Below, piece after piece: positions 48,299-58,672 of a stretch of 64,000 bases of DNA. Position 1 is the first letter of the stretch, and each line of letters starts with the position of its first letter. This DNA comes from Ignavibacteria bacterium RIFOXYC2_FULL_35_21 (lineage in GTDB: Bacteria; Bacteroidota; Ignavibacteria; Kapaibacteriales; UBA2268): NCBI GenBank assembly GCA_001804705.1, contig MHAY01000005.1:11433-75432 (forward strand), in the 5' to 3' direction. The position numbers were made by a program, and so were the translations under genes. The notes under the pieces were generated by a model that was not told the origin of the DNA, ran no database searches, and saw only the letters and a list, made by a program, of their open reading frames with translations.

Positions 48299-50620
48299 AT
48301 GAATGCAAAGGAAAAAGAATTTCAGAAAAAACTTCTGACGACATTCCGAATCGAGGCAGAAGAACATTTGAAAGCCTTATCAAGTGGATTACTTCTCCTC
48401 GAAAAAGCCGATTCTGATACCATGAGCAGTGTAATAGAATCTGTATTTCGTGATGCACATAGCCTCAAAGGTGCCGCCAGAGCTGTTAATCTGAGAACAA
48501 TCGAAAAGATATGCCAGTCTCTCGAAAGCGTTTTTTCTGCTATGAAAAAAAACGAGCTTGCTCCTCTGCCTAATATGTTCGACATTTTTCACAAAGCTGT
48601 CAATCAAATCAGTGAGATTCTTTTAATTGCCGATACCGATATAAAAACTAATACGATGAAAAATATTGATGGAATAATCAATCAGGTAGATGGTATTATT
48701 AAGAAATCCTCCGATAATCTTTCAGTTATTGAACAAGTTAAACAGCACAGTCAAAATGTCGAGAAAGAAGCTCTGTCTCTAATTACACCTGTTAGTGATT
48801 TTCAAATTGAATCAGGTTACCTTAAAATTTCATCTCAAAAGCTCAATTCATTGATGTTGCAGGCTCAGGAATTGCAGTCGGTGAAATTGCAGAATAAAAG
48901 GAATATTAATGAACTGAAGGAAGTGAATTCACTCATAGATTTATGGACAAAGCAATCGCAGAATATTAAGTCATTGGTAAAAACACTTCAGTTTGGTTTG
49001 ATGCATAAGGAATTAAATTTAGATGAGAAAAACAGGAAAGAATACAATGATACTTTGACAAAAATCTCCGGTTTTTTCGAGTGGAGTACGGATTTTATTA
49101 AGAATATAGACAGAAAAATCAGGGTTATACAAAGCGAACAAATTCAGGATGATTTTATGTTCGGGGCAATGGCTGACAATTTGCTGGAAGATATGAAAAA
49201 TATTCAGCTTCTTAAATTCTCCTCTTTGCTTGAAATATTTCCGAAGATGCTCAGAGACCTTTCGCACAGTAAAGGAAAAGAAGCAGAGCTTGAGGTTGTT
49301 GGCTCAGAAATCGAAATTGACAGGAGAATACTCGAGGAAATCAAAGACCCTTTGATACATATTATTCGTAATTGCATTGACCACGGAATTGAAAAACCAT
49401 CCGAAAGAATACAAAAAGGGAAACCAATTAAAGGCTTAATCAAAATAAATATCTCGCAGACTGATGCCGATAAAATAAAAATTGATATATCCGATGATGG
49501 TGCAGGGATTGATTTTACAAACGTGAAAGCATCTGCAATAAAGCTTGGACTAAGTACTCAGGAAGAAATTGAAAAACTCAGCAACAATGAGGTTTTGCAA
49601 TTTGTGTTTGTGTCCGGTGTGTCAACAAGCCAGTTTATTACCGATTTGTCCGGGAGGGGGTTAGGACTTTCAATAGTAAAAGATAAAATTGAGAAGTTAA
49701 ACGGCGAAGTAAATATCGAAACAGTTGAAAATGAAGGAACGAGTTTCAGACTTATACTGCCCGTTACTACTGCAACAATCGGCGGGTTAATAGTTAAGGA
49801 ATGTGAACAGGATTTTGTTATCCCTTCGATTTATATCGAATTGGTATTGAGAATCAAAAGAAACGAAATAAAATCAATAGAAAATCAGAATGTTTTCAAA
49901 TATTCTGAGCAATTCATTCCGCTAGTAAAGTTGTCAGACGTGTTACAATTGTCCAGGAAAACGTTAGGGCAGAACAACGTTCTGTCTCTACCAGGCTTTG
50001 AGGAATCAATAAAAATCATTGTTCTGAACTCGCAGCAGAAAAAAGTAGGATTTCAGGTTGATGAAATTATCAATGAACAGGAAGTTATTGTGAAAGAGCT
50101 TGGCAGACAGTTATCGAGAGTTAGGAACATATACGGAGCAACGACAGTTGGAAGCAGGGAATTGGTTTTAATCCTAAATGTTCCTGATTTGATAAAATCA
50201 ACAATTGCCGCTCCTGAACTTTACAAAGCTCCGGCAGTTTTGGAAGAGGAGAGAAAACATAAAAGAGTATTGGTAGTCGAGGATTCGATAACGGCAAGGA
50301 CCCTTTTAAGGGGGATATTGGAATCTTCGGGATTTGACGTCAGGACTGCCGTTGACGGATTGGATGCCATAACTACATTAAAGGGTGAAAGTTTCGATTT
50401 GGTAATCTCAGATATAGATATGCCAAATATGAATGGCTTTATATTAACCGAAAAAATTCGGGCAGATAAGAAATTGTCTGATTTGCCGGTTATACTTGTT
50501 ACCTCCCTCGATTCACGCTCGGACCGTGAAAGAGGTATAGATGCCGGTGCAAATGCTTATATTGTGAAAAGCAGTTTTGACGAGAGCAATTTGATAGAGG
50601 TAATCAAGAGGTTGATTTAA
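48299..50620 (+). CDS. cheA: CheA histidine kinase fused to a C-terminal CheY-like receiver (HPt, HATPase_c, two CheW-like domains, REC)
   Basis: HPt HSLKGAARAVNL; HATPase IRNCIDHGIE...GRGLGLSIVKDKI; receiver RVLVVEDSITARTLL...DLVISDIDMPNMNG...ANAYIVKS. Confidence 0.85.
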   Translation: MNAKEKEFQKKLLTTFRIEAEEHLKALSSGLLLLEKADSDTMSSVIESVFRDAHSLKGAARAVNLRTIEKICQSLESVFSAMKKNELAPLPNMFDIFHKAVNQISEILLIADTDIKTNTMKNIDGIINQVDGIIKKSSDNLSVIEQVKQHSQNVEKEALSLITPVSDFQIESGYLKISSQKLNSLMLQAQELQSVKLQNKRNINELKEVNSLIDLWTKQSQNIKSLVKTLQFGLMHKELNLDEKNRKEYNDTLTKISGFFEWSTDFIKNIDRKIRVIQSEQIQDDFMFGAMADNLLEDMKNIQLLKFSSLLEIFPKMLRDLSHSKGKEAELEVVGSEIEIDRRILEEIKDPLIHIIRNCIDHGIEKPSERIQKGKPIKGLIKINISQTDADKIKIDISDDGAGIDFTNVKASAIKLGLSTQEEIEKLSNNEVLQFVFVSGVSTSQFITDLSGRGLGLSIVKDKIEKLNGEVNIETVENEGTSFRLILPVTTATIGGLIVKECEQDFVIPSIYIELVLRIKRNEIKSIENQNVFKYSEQFIPLVKLSDVLQLSRKTLGQNNVLSLPGFEESIKIIVLNSQQKKVGFQVDEIINEQEVIVKELGRQLSRVRNIYGATTVGSRELVLILNVPDLIKSTIAAPELYKAPAVLEEERKHKRVLVVEDSITARTLLRGILESSGFDVRTAVDGLDAITTLKGESFDLVISDIDMPNMNGFILTEKIRADKKLSDLPVILVTSLDSRSDRERGIDAGANAYIVKSSFDESNLIEVIKRLI

Positions 50621-50762
50621 TTTATTTAATGTAGGGGGCAGATATATATGTCTGCCCAAATAAAATCAAATTAATAATTGAAAATTCATAATTGATAATG
50701 ATAATATTTAAAATGTAGTGACAGAACACTGTTCTGTTCTCTTTTGAACGAAAAGAGGGTTA

Positions 50763-51812
50763 ATGATAAAAGTATTAATTGTTGATGATTCTGCTGTCGA
50801 GATGGAGTTCCTGGATTTTATGCTAAGTTCCCATTCCGATATTAAGGTAATAGGAAAGGCTAAAGATGGAGAAGAAGCCATACAATCTCTAGCCCATACT
50901 AAACCTGATGTTATTACAATGGACATACACATGCCCAAAATGGACGGGTATGAAACAACAAAGATAATCATGGAAACAAATCCCGTTCCGATTGTTATTG
51001 TGAGTGCAAGTTCAGGCAAAGAGGTAGATAAAACTTATAAAGCAATCCAGGCTGGTGCATTGGCTTTTGTTGAAAAACCCGTTGGCTTTGACCATCCGGA
51101 TTTTGATAAAGTGAAAAATAATTTGATTGAGACGGTTAAACTGATGTCTGAGGTAAAAGTTGTTAAACGGAGATTTAAGCCCGAAGTAGAAACCAAGCCT
51201 TCTGCCTCTTCGGCAAATAATTTTAAAGGATTGATGCAGAAAGATTATTCGATTATTGTAATCGGAGTATCAACAGGAGGCCCTGCTGTATTACAAGAGT
51301 TACTATCTAAGCTTCCAAAGAACTTCTCGATTCCAATAATTATTGTTCAGCATATAGCATCGGGATTTTTGCCCGGTTTAATAGACTGGTTGTCAGATTG
51401 TACATTATTAAATTATAAAGTACCTGCTCAAAACGAAGTCATTCAACAGGGTTATGTTTATTTTGCTCCCGATGACTACAATATTGGAATAACAAATAAT
51501 AATAGCATTGTTTTATCAAATGATGAGATGGAAAATGGATTAAGGCCATCTGTATCGTATCTGTTTCGCTCAACAGCAAACACTATTGGTGAAAAGGCTA
51601 TTGGTATAATAATGACAGGTATGGGAAAGGATGGTGCTGCAGAACTTAAATTAATGCGCGATAAAGGAGCTTTGACTATAGCTCAGGATAAAGAAAGCTC
51701 AATTGTATTCGGAATGCCCAAAGAGTCTATTAAATTAGATGCCGCACAATATATTTTGCCACCTGAGAGAATTGCGTCCCTTTTAATTCGACTTGACAGA
51801 AATAAAATATGA
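50763..51812 (+). CDS. cheB: CheB protein-glutamate methylesterase (REC + methylesterase)
   Basis: Receiver MIKVLIVDDS...DVITMDIHMPKMDG; esterase motifs IGVSTGGPAVL, IIVQHIASGF, TGMGKDGAAELKLMRDKGALTIAQD. Confidence 0.85.
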   Translation: MIKVLIVDDSAVEMEFLDFMLSSHSDIKVIGKAKDGEEAIQSLAHTKPDVITMDIHMPKMDGYETTKIIMETNPVPIVIVSASSGKEVDKTYKAIQAGALAFVEKPVGFDHPDFDKVKNNLIETVKLMSEVKVVKRRFKPEVETKPSASSANNFKGLMQKDYSIIVIGVSTGGPAVLQELLSKLPKNFSIPIIIVQHIASGFLPGLIDWLSDCTLLNYKVPAQNEVIQQGYVYFAPDDYNIGITNNNSIVLSNDEMENGLRPSVSYLFRSTANTIGEKAIGIIMTGMGKDGAAELKLMRDKGALTIAQDKESSIVFGMPKESIKLDAAQYILPPERIASLLIRLDRNKI

Positions 51813-51821
51813 GGTAAAAAA

Positions 51822-54800
51822 ATGAAAACCATAAAAAATGACAAGAAAAAGAAACCGGATATACTGATAGTAGAGGATAGCCCGACACAATCGCTAAAGA
51901 TTAAACAGCTTTTGGAAGACGCTAAATATAAAGTAAGGCTTGCTACGAACGGAAGCGATGCTCTTGCCCAGGTTAAAGTAAAAATACCCGATTTAATTAT
52001 TAGCGATATAATGATGCCTATAATGGATGGGTATAGTATGTCGAAGGCGTTAAAAGCCGAACCCCTATACAAAGATTTACCAATTATTCTGACAACGTCT
52101 CTGTCCGAATCCGAAGATATTTTGGTAAGCCTTGAGTGCGGGGCTGACATGTTTATTTCCAAACCTTATGATGATAATTATCTGCTCCATCAAGTGCAAT
52201 TAATATTATCCAATCAAACAGAAATTCAGGGGACCGAAAGCAGAGACGGGTTCGAAATAAGCTATTTAAATAAAAAATATAAGATTAAGAAAGATTTTTA
52301 TCGGGTTATCAACTTACTATTAAATACGTATGAAACTGCAGTAGGAAAAAACAGGGAATTGATAGATGCGCAGAACGAATTAATCAGGCTTAATAACAAC
52401 CTTGAAGAACTGGTCAACCAGAGAACTGCTGCTTTACTCGATGAAATAGCCGAACGTAAAATTATCGAAAAGGAACTAAGAAAAAGCGAAGAGAAGTACC
52501 GAATGCTTCTGAATACTTTGCAGGAAGGTATTTGGGTGATTGACGGCAACGAAAACACGACCTTTGTTAATGAAATCTTACCGGCAATGCTAGGCTATAC
52601 TTCGAGAGAGATGATAGGAAAGAGTCTTTATTATTTTATGGACGGAACATGGGGAGAAATTGCCAAAAAACAGATGGAAAGGCGTAAGCAGGGAGTTTAC
52701 GAGCAGGTTGAATTTGAATTAATGAAGAAGGACGGCACCCGAATCCAGGCATTATTGGAAGCAGGGCCTATGTATGATGAAAAAGGAAATTACATCGGTG
52801 CAATTGCAGGAGTGATTGAAATTACGGAAAGGAAGCGGCACGAACTGCAACTAAAAAATCTAAATACTGTACTGAAAGCTATAAGAAATGTTAATCAATT
52901 AATTGTAAGAGAGGCTGATAAAGGAGAGTTAATCAGGAAAGCATGCAAAATACTGGTAGAGACAGGAAGTTTTCGTAATGCATTTATAACACTTTTTGAT
53001 GAAAGTAATGATTTTCTTGATTTTGCAGAATGGGGAGATATTCCTCACACAGAAAAAATAATTGAAAATTTAAAGAAAGGAAATTTCCCTCTTTGTTATA
53101 AAGATGCACTTGAAAATCCTAATAAAATAGCTACAAGACATCCAATCAAAGATTGTAAGAATTGTGAATTCATGGAAATTAGTTTACTTAACGGAACAAA
53201 ATCTCTTACATCTGTGCTGACATATAAAGATAAGATTTACGGTTTTATGACAATATCCATTCCTGAGGATTTCATTGAAGTTGAAGAAGGATTTAAGGTC
53301 ATCGAAGAAGTTGTAGGTGACATCTCATACGCCTTATATAACTTTGATATTAAAGATAAGCAGAAAAAGGGGGAAGAATTTATTGCATGGCAGGAAAAAT
53401 ATTTTGAATATTTACTTGAAAATGCTAATGTATGGCTGGATGCTATTGATACTGAGGGAAAGCTGATATTCTGGAACAAGAAAGCTGAAGAAATTACCGG
53501 TTACAAAAGAGATTATATTATTGGTAACCGGAGTAAATGGGATTTGATGTATCCTGATAATGGGAAAGGAAAAGAATTACTCGAATACTGCAAAAACCTT
53601 ATCAAAGAAAATCAGACAATAAAAGATGTTGAAACTGAAATAACGACTGCAACCGGAGAGAAGAGGATGATATCCTGGTCATCTAACCTGATTTATGATG
53701 AGCAAGGAAAAGTCAAGGGGAGTATGTTTGTTGGGGAAGATGTAACGGAAAGAAAAAAAGCTGAAAAAGAAATAATTACTGCTAAAGAGCGAGCTGAGGA
53801 GATGAATCGCCTCAAATCGAGTTTTCTTGCAAACATGAGCCATGAACTTAGAACACCGATGAACGGAATACTTGGGTTTTCAGAGATTTTAAAAGCCGAA
53901 GACCAACTCGATTCAATCAGAGAGATTGCCCTGGTAATTAATAAGAGTGGTAAAAGGTTGATGAACACTTTAAATTCAATTTTGAGTCTATCGAGAATGG
54001 AGGCGGGTGAGTTGAAATCAGATGAGCATGTATTGAACGTGTTGGAATTGGCTAATAATTCGGTTGAATTATTTAAGGTCGAAGCAAAGAAAAAAAGCCT
54101 GGAATTGATACTGGAATCGAAATATGATGCTATATATTTGAGAACAGATGAAAGAATGGTATCTGACATAATAAATAATCTTGTTAATAATGCAATTAAG
54201 TTTACACATCATGGGAGCATTACTGTAAGAGTAGAAACAGAAGATATAGACTTACAGAAATATGTAGTCATTGACATAATTGATACCGGTATTGGGATCG
54301 AAGAAAAATATTTCGATACAATTTTTGACGAGTTCAGGCAGGTTAGCGAAGGATTAAGCAGAAGCTTTGAAGGAACAGGTCTGGGATTGACAATATGCAA
54401 GAGATATGCCGAAATGCTTGGAGGCTCTATCAGTCTCAAAAGCAGGTTAAACGAAGGTTCTACATTCACCTTAAAAATCCCTCTTGTTTATAACAAAGAT
54501 TATGAATTGCAGGTGTCAAGAAAAGTAGAGGAAGGCTTGCCGGTTACAATACAACAGGAGGTTGAATCGGACAATAAGCCTAAAATATTATATGTAGAGG
54601 ATGACGATATATCAATAGTTCTTATCGAAAAGCTATTGAAACACAGATACGAATTGGATTATGCTTCAAATGCCGCCCAGGCTGTGAAGATAGCAAAGGA
54701 GAATCAGTATAAATTAATCTTGATGGATATAAATCTTGGCAAAGGTGAAAGCGGTATGGACGCAACAAGAGAAATAAGGAAACTGGATTATTATAAAAAT

Positions 54801-54938
54801 GTTCCCATTATAGCTGTTACTGCATTCGCAATGTATGGCGACAAAGAGGAATTTATTAATGGCGGATGCTATGATTATTTATCAAAACCATTTGACAATG
54901 AAAGTCTGATAAATCTAATCGAAAAATATATAGGGTAA
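51822..54938 (+). CDS. Hybrid sensor histidine kinase (REC-PAS-GAF-PAS-HisKA-HATPase_c-REC), 1038 aa
   Basis: N-terminal receiver (DILIVEDSPTQS...DLIISDIMMPIMDG), PAS segments, H-box LANMSHELRTPMNGILGF, HATPase NNAIKFT...GTGLGLTICKRY, C-terminal receiver (KILYVEDDD...LILMDINLG); starts 10 bp after cheB. Confidence 0.85.
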   Translation: MKTIKNDKKKKPDILIVEDSPTQSLKIKQLLEDAKYKVRLATNGSDALAQVKVKIPDLIISDIMMPIMDGYSMSKALKAEPLYKDLPIILTTSLSESEDILVSLECGADMFISKPYDDNYLLHQVQLILSNQTEIQGTESRDGFEISYLNKKYKIKKDFYRVINLLLNTYETAVGKNRELIDAQNELIRLNNNLEELVNQRTAALLDEIAERKIIEKELRKSEEKYRMLLNTLQEGIWVIDGNENTTFVNEILPAMLGYTSREMIGKSLYYFMDGTWGEIAKKQMERRKQGVYEQVEFELMKKDGTRIQALLEAGPMYDEKGNYIGAIAGVIEITERKRHELQLKNLNTVLKAIRNVNQLIVREADKGELIRKACKILVETGSFRNAFITLFDESNDFLDFAEWGDIPHTEKIIENLKKGNFPLCYKDALENPNKIATRHPIKDCKNCEFMEISLLNGTKSLTSVLTYKDKIYGFMTISIPEDFIEVEEGFKVIEEVVGDISYALYNFDIKDKQKKGEEFIAWQEKYFEYLLENANVWLDAIDTEGKLIFWNKKAEEITGYKRDYIIGNRSKWDLMYPDNGKGKELLEYCKNLIKENQTIKDVETEITTATGEKRMISWSSNLIYDEQGKVKGSMFVGEDVTERKKAEKEIITAKERAEEMNRLKSSFLANMSHELRTPMNGILGFSEILKAEDQLDSIREIALVINKSGKRLMNTLNSILSLSRMEAGELKSDEHVLNVLELANNSVELFKVEAKKKSLELILESKYDAIYLRTDERMVSDIINNLVNNAIKFTHHGSITVRVETEDIDLQKYVVIDIIDTGIGIEEKYFDTIFDEFRQVSEGLSRSFEGTGLGLTICKRYAEMLGGSISLKSRLNEGSTFTLKIPLVYNKDYELQVSRKVEEGLPVTIQQEVESDNKPKILYVEDDDISIVLIEKLLKHRYELDYASNAAQAVKIAKENQYKLILMDINLGKGESGMDATREIRKLDYYKNVPIIAVTAFAMYGDKEEFINGGCYDYLSKPFDNESLINLIEKYIG

Positions 54939-55032
54939 GAGTAAGCGGTATCGCTCGACTTGTCAAATTGAAATTGCCGTTATGTGCTGTGTTTTTTATT
55001 ACATTCACACGTGTTTTACAGTAGTTCTCTCA

Positions 55033-55051
55033 AGGCTCCTCCGAGCTTTTT
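55033..55051 (+). terminator. Possible weak rho-independent terminator after the Che cluster
   Basis: ggctcctccgagc short hairpin followed by T6, about 100 nt downstream of the hybrid kinase stop. Confidence 0.35.
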
Positions 55052-55097
55052 TGACAACAAGGTAATGTGTTATGGGTTGTGGATTGTGGTTTTGTAT

Positions 55098-55757
55098 TTA
55101 TCTCAAATACACCACCCTCTTTGTTAAAGCCCTGTCTCTTGCAATGAAGCGAAGCAAATATATACCGCTTGGCTCTAATGACATATCGAATGAGAATTGA
55201 GACCAGCCCCCGACATTCTGCAAATTTGAAATGATTCTACCATCGAGACTGCAAAGCAAGACTGACTGAACATCAATCTCAGCTTTCTTTGTAATCAGGA
55301 GTGTACTGCCCATTTGTTGTGTATAAAAATAGTTATCAGCTTCTTCATAGGTTGTGGGGTTGTTTCCGTTTTCTGTGTAATCTTCGAGAACGACAGAAGC
55401 TAAATTATTATCATAATACAATCGGCAAATATTATTATTAGTTGCTAGGTCATAAATAGTTAAATTAAAATTTTTCATTTCTACAGTACCGCCTAATAGT
55501 GTTGCTGTCATATCATTGGTTAAGGTCTTTGATGATTTGTCCAGAAGATTATGACCTGTAATTGCTCCACTGCATATCCTGATTATACATGCATCATATC
55601 TGTCATCATTATTCAAATCCATAATCCATAAGTTTGATTCATATAAGCATGTGTCATTAACATTTTTGCATTTTATTGAGACAGGCTTCTTAGAATAAAG
55701 TTGGACACAACTTAGAATAATAATAATTATAATAATTATTATATAATTGCTTTTCAT
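55098..55757 (-). CDS. Small secreted T9SS cargo protein (219 aa), paralog of 60871..61536
   Basis: Signal peptide; C-terminal ~90 aa (YEEADNYFYTQQMGSTLLITKKAEIDVQSVLLCSLDGRIISNLQNVGGWSQFSFDMSLEPSGIYLLRFIARDRALTKRVVYLR) nearly identical to the paralog and T9SS-CTD-like. Confidence 0.6.
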   Translation of the reverse strand: MKSNYIIIIIIIIILSCVQLYSKKPVSIKCKNVNDTCLYESNLWIMDLNNDDRYDACIIRICSGAITGHNLLDKSSKTLTNDMTATLLGGTVEMKNFNLTIYDLATNNNICRLYYDNNLASVVLEDYTENGNNPTTYEEADNYFYTQQMGSTLLITKKAEIDVQSVLLCSLDGRIISNLQNVGGWSQFSFDMSLEPSGIYLLRFIARDRALTKRVVYLR

Positions 55758-55761
55758 TTTT

Positions 55762-57075
55762 CTACTCCAATTTTGTTATTTTTTTACTTATTAATTCATT
55801 ACCAGCACTAATAACAAGTAAGTATGAACCCGTACTTATTTTATTATTCATATCAAATGTAGTCGTATGTTTTCCACTATCAAGAAAACCGAGGCTCTTT
55901 GTATAAATATTATTACCAAGAATATCGTACAAGTCAATATTAACGACAGAAGCAATTTTATTTTCAAATTCAATGTTGAATAATGATGAGAATGGGTTAG
56001 GATAAATCTGAAAATCATCATTTATACCATCATCACTGACACGCACTAAATCCGGGTGTAGTACAAATACTCCATAATTACTACTTACAGTCATCCAAAT
56101 ATTACCAGTGCTATCTAATGCTAAATTATCAATGTAATGCCCATCATAATAAGCCCATACTTGCTTGTAAAATTTTGTAAAAGTCTTCCCATCGAATTTT
56201 ATCAATCCCGAATATTCAGTACCAATCCAAAGATTATTTTTTTTATCTAATAATAGAGAGTAAATTCTATTTTCCTGAAGTTCTGAATTTGAAGTATCAT
56301 ATTTAGTCCAGGTTGTTCCATCGTAATAATAAACACCATTGGATGTTCCAATCCATATATTACCTTTATCATCAGGAGCAAATGAAGAAATATATCTTTC
56401 ATAAAAACCTTTAGAAGAATCTATCTTTTCCAATACACCTTCATTACTATTTTTAAATAATCCATTATTTGTTCCTATCCATAAATTATTGTTTGCATCA
56501 AAAGCCATCCCGTTAATATAATTTGCTTTATTTGTTGTGTCAAATCTGATTACATGCCACAATGAATCATAATAACCAATAAAATTGCTTTTGGGGGGCA
56601 TGCCTTTTTTAAACATTCCTGCCCACATTTTATTATTATTATCAAACACAATAGGCATTAATAAATTGGTAGAAGAATCTAAGCCAATTGAATCAATTGT
56701 TACCCATAATAGACCATCAAATTTAGCAGAACCATTGGAAGTAAAACTAACATAAATATTTCCTAATTTGTCTGTTGTGATAAATGGGACAGCATTTTCC
56801 TTGAAATTTTCAGTTTTTTTATTAATATTTTCCCATTTAATTCCATCATAAACTGCCAAACCGCCAGACTCATTATATGGAAATGTACTAATGTAAACCT
56901 TTCCATTTGTTGAAACAGTAATTCCAGTCGCTAAATCTGATGGCAAAGCATTCCCAAAATTATAAACTGTCCAAATGTTATCTTGTGCTGAAAGTGAAAT
57001 TGAAAATATTATTAACGATGATATTATGCTTAATAAATAAGTTAATAATGTCAATGTGAATTCTTTTCTTAACAT
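55762..57075 (-). CDS. Secreted protein with two-component-regulator propeller (Reg_prop) repeats and T9SS CTD
   Basis: Repeated NNLWIGT/NGLFK/NGVYYYDG blades; C-terminal GSYLLVISAGNELISKKITKLE. Confidence 0.6.
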   Translation of the reverse strand: MLRKEFTLTLLTYLLSIISSLIIFSISLSAQDNIWTVYNFGNALPSDLATGITVSTNGKVYISTFPYNESGGLAVYDGIKWENINKKTENFKENAVPFITTDKLGNIYVSFTSNGSAKFDGLLWVTIDSIGLDSSTNLLMPIVFDNNNKMWAGMFKKGMPPKSNFIGYYDSLWHVIRFDTTNKANYINGMAFDANNNLWIGTNNGLFKNSNEGVLEKIDSSKGFYERYISSFAPDDKGNIWIGTSNGVYYYDGTTWTKYDTSNSELQENRIYSLLLDKKNNLWIGTEYSGLIKFDGKTFTKFYKQVWAYYDGHYIDNLALDSTGNIWMTVSSNYGVFVLHPDLVRVSDDGINDDFQIYPNPFSSLFNIEFENKIASVVNIDLYDILGNNIYTKSLGFLDSGKHTTTFDMNNKISTGSYLLVISAGNELISKKITKLE

Positions 57076-57110
57076 AGCAATACCTTTATTTTATTATTAA
57101 TTAATATAAT

Positions 57111-58586
57111 CTAAATTTTCACAAAACGAACAACTCTATCCGCTATCTTTACAAAATACACGCCTGAACTCAGTCTGCTGACATCTATTCTATCTTTGTA
57201 TTCTGATTCGTAAACTTTAATACCAAGTGCGGAAAAGATTTCGACTTTATAAAATGTATTGCTTGATATTATATTCAAATAATCGGATGATGGATTTGGA
57301 TTAATAATCAATTCAAAGTTATCTAGATTCTTATCTGGAACATTTGTGAGAGTTGTGTCTTTGAATTTTGCAATATAAAATTTATAAATGTCTTTGTAGC
57401 CAATACCAATAAAATTATCGCTATCGATGAAGTGAAGATGTCTTATACCGCTTTTAGTGAACTGATTATATTCTTGAAATTCAAAATCGGATATAAAATC
57501 TAAATCTCTATTAACCTGATAAAGAAGAATTTTATGCTTATAATTATAAAATCCTCCGGAAGTATCTGTTATGGTATAACCATTAGCAATAATGTTACCT
57601 TTTGGTGTCTTAAGCAATCCAAAAAAGAAAACACCAGAATTCTTTTTTGGTATATCAACTTTTTTTATTATCTCGCCTGTGTCATTAATTTTAACAAAAA
57701 TATATCTTGCATTACTAATTTTTTGCCCAATTATTATATATTCTCTATTATCCATTTGCACAATTCCTTTTGGATTAAAGGGTTCGTCATTCACAGGAAC
57801 TTCAATTTTTTTGGTTATATTCCCATCCTTATCAACTTCTATAATTTGTATTCTGAAATCATTATTATCAATAAATTTGAATGATAGGATCAGAATGTTA
57901 TTATCATTTGTTATCTTTAAATCAGAAAAATAATATTTATCATTATTACCAAGTGTATCTATTCCTTTTCTCCAAATTAATTTACCAAGTGAATCATAGC
58001 AGGAAATTAGTAAATGATTATTTTTAATAAATGTTACGCTATCAATTTTGATGTTTTCTTTCAAAGTAGCATTGAAGAATTTGTTATTAATTGAAATCGT
58101 ATTATTATTATTTGCATTTGGAGTAGTATTTATTTTAAAAGAAACTGAATCATAGAATTTATCATTATAAATATCGTAAGGGTATTCAATGCCTGTAGAA
58201 TCTCCGTTTTTTAATATATTAAATATAAAAGGAATTGAATTTTGATATGAATCATAATTATAATTCGTTGCACATAACATTTTATATCCGTTTTCTGATT
58301 GGTACAAAGAAACTGGGAGTAACATATTACCGGTAAAATATTTCTTAAATGATAGCAAATTACCACTCGTTTCATATTTGATAAAGCCGGCATTCATAAA
58401 TGGAACAATTCCTGGATCTAAAGCTGTAATAATATTACCATCTGAATCAATCATTGTTGGTAAGAATGATAATGCTAAAGGCTCATTTACAAGGTCATAT
58501 TCTCGTTCCCATATAATAGATTGAGAATAGCAAACGGATGTAATTAATATAAAAAGAAAAATTTTAAATGGCATAATTTGCTCCAA
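57111..58586 (-). CDS. Hypothetical secreted protein with T9SS CTD
   Basis: Signal peptide; C-terminal SSGVYFVKIADRVVRFVKI sorting-domain-like end. Confidence 0.55.
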   Translation of the reverse strand: MEQIMPFKIFLFILITSVCYSQSIIWEREYDLVNEPLALSFLPTMIDSDGNIITALDPGIVPFMNAGFIKYETSGNLLSFKKYFTGNMLLPVSLYQSENGYKMLCATNYNYDSYQNSIPFIFNILKNGDSTGIEYPYDIYNDKFYDSVSFKINTTPNANNNNTISINNKFFNATLKENIKIDSVTFIKNNHLLISCYDSLGKLIWRKGIDTLGNNDKYYFSDLKITNDNNILILSFKFIDNNDFRIQIIEVDKDGNITKKIEVPVNDEPFNPKGIVQMDNREYIIIGQKISNARYIFVKINDTGEIIKKVDIPKKNSGVFFFGLLKTPKGNIIANGYTITDTSGGFYNYKHKILLYQVNRDLDFISDFEFQEYNQFTKSGIRHLHFIDSDNFIGIGYKDIYKFYIAKFKDTTLTNVPDKNLDNFELIINPNPSSDYLNIISSNTFYKVEIFSALGIKVYESEYKDRIDVSRLSSGVYFVKIADRVVRFVKI

Positions 58587-58672
58587 ACCTTAATTAATTT
58601 AATCATATTATTTTTTAGATAAGGGAGTATGATTTATATTAATCATTCCCCCTAATTTTTTTACAATTCTAA

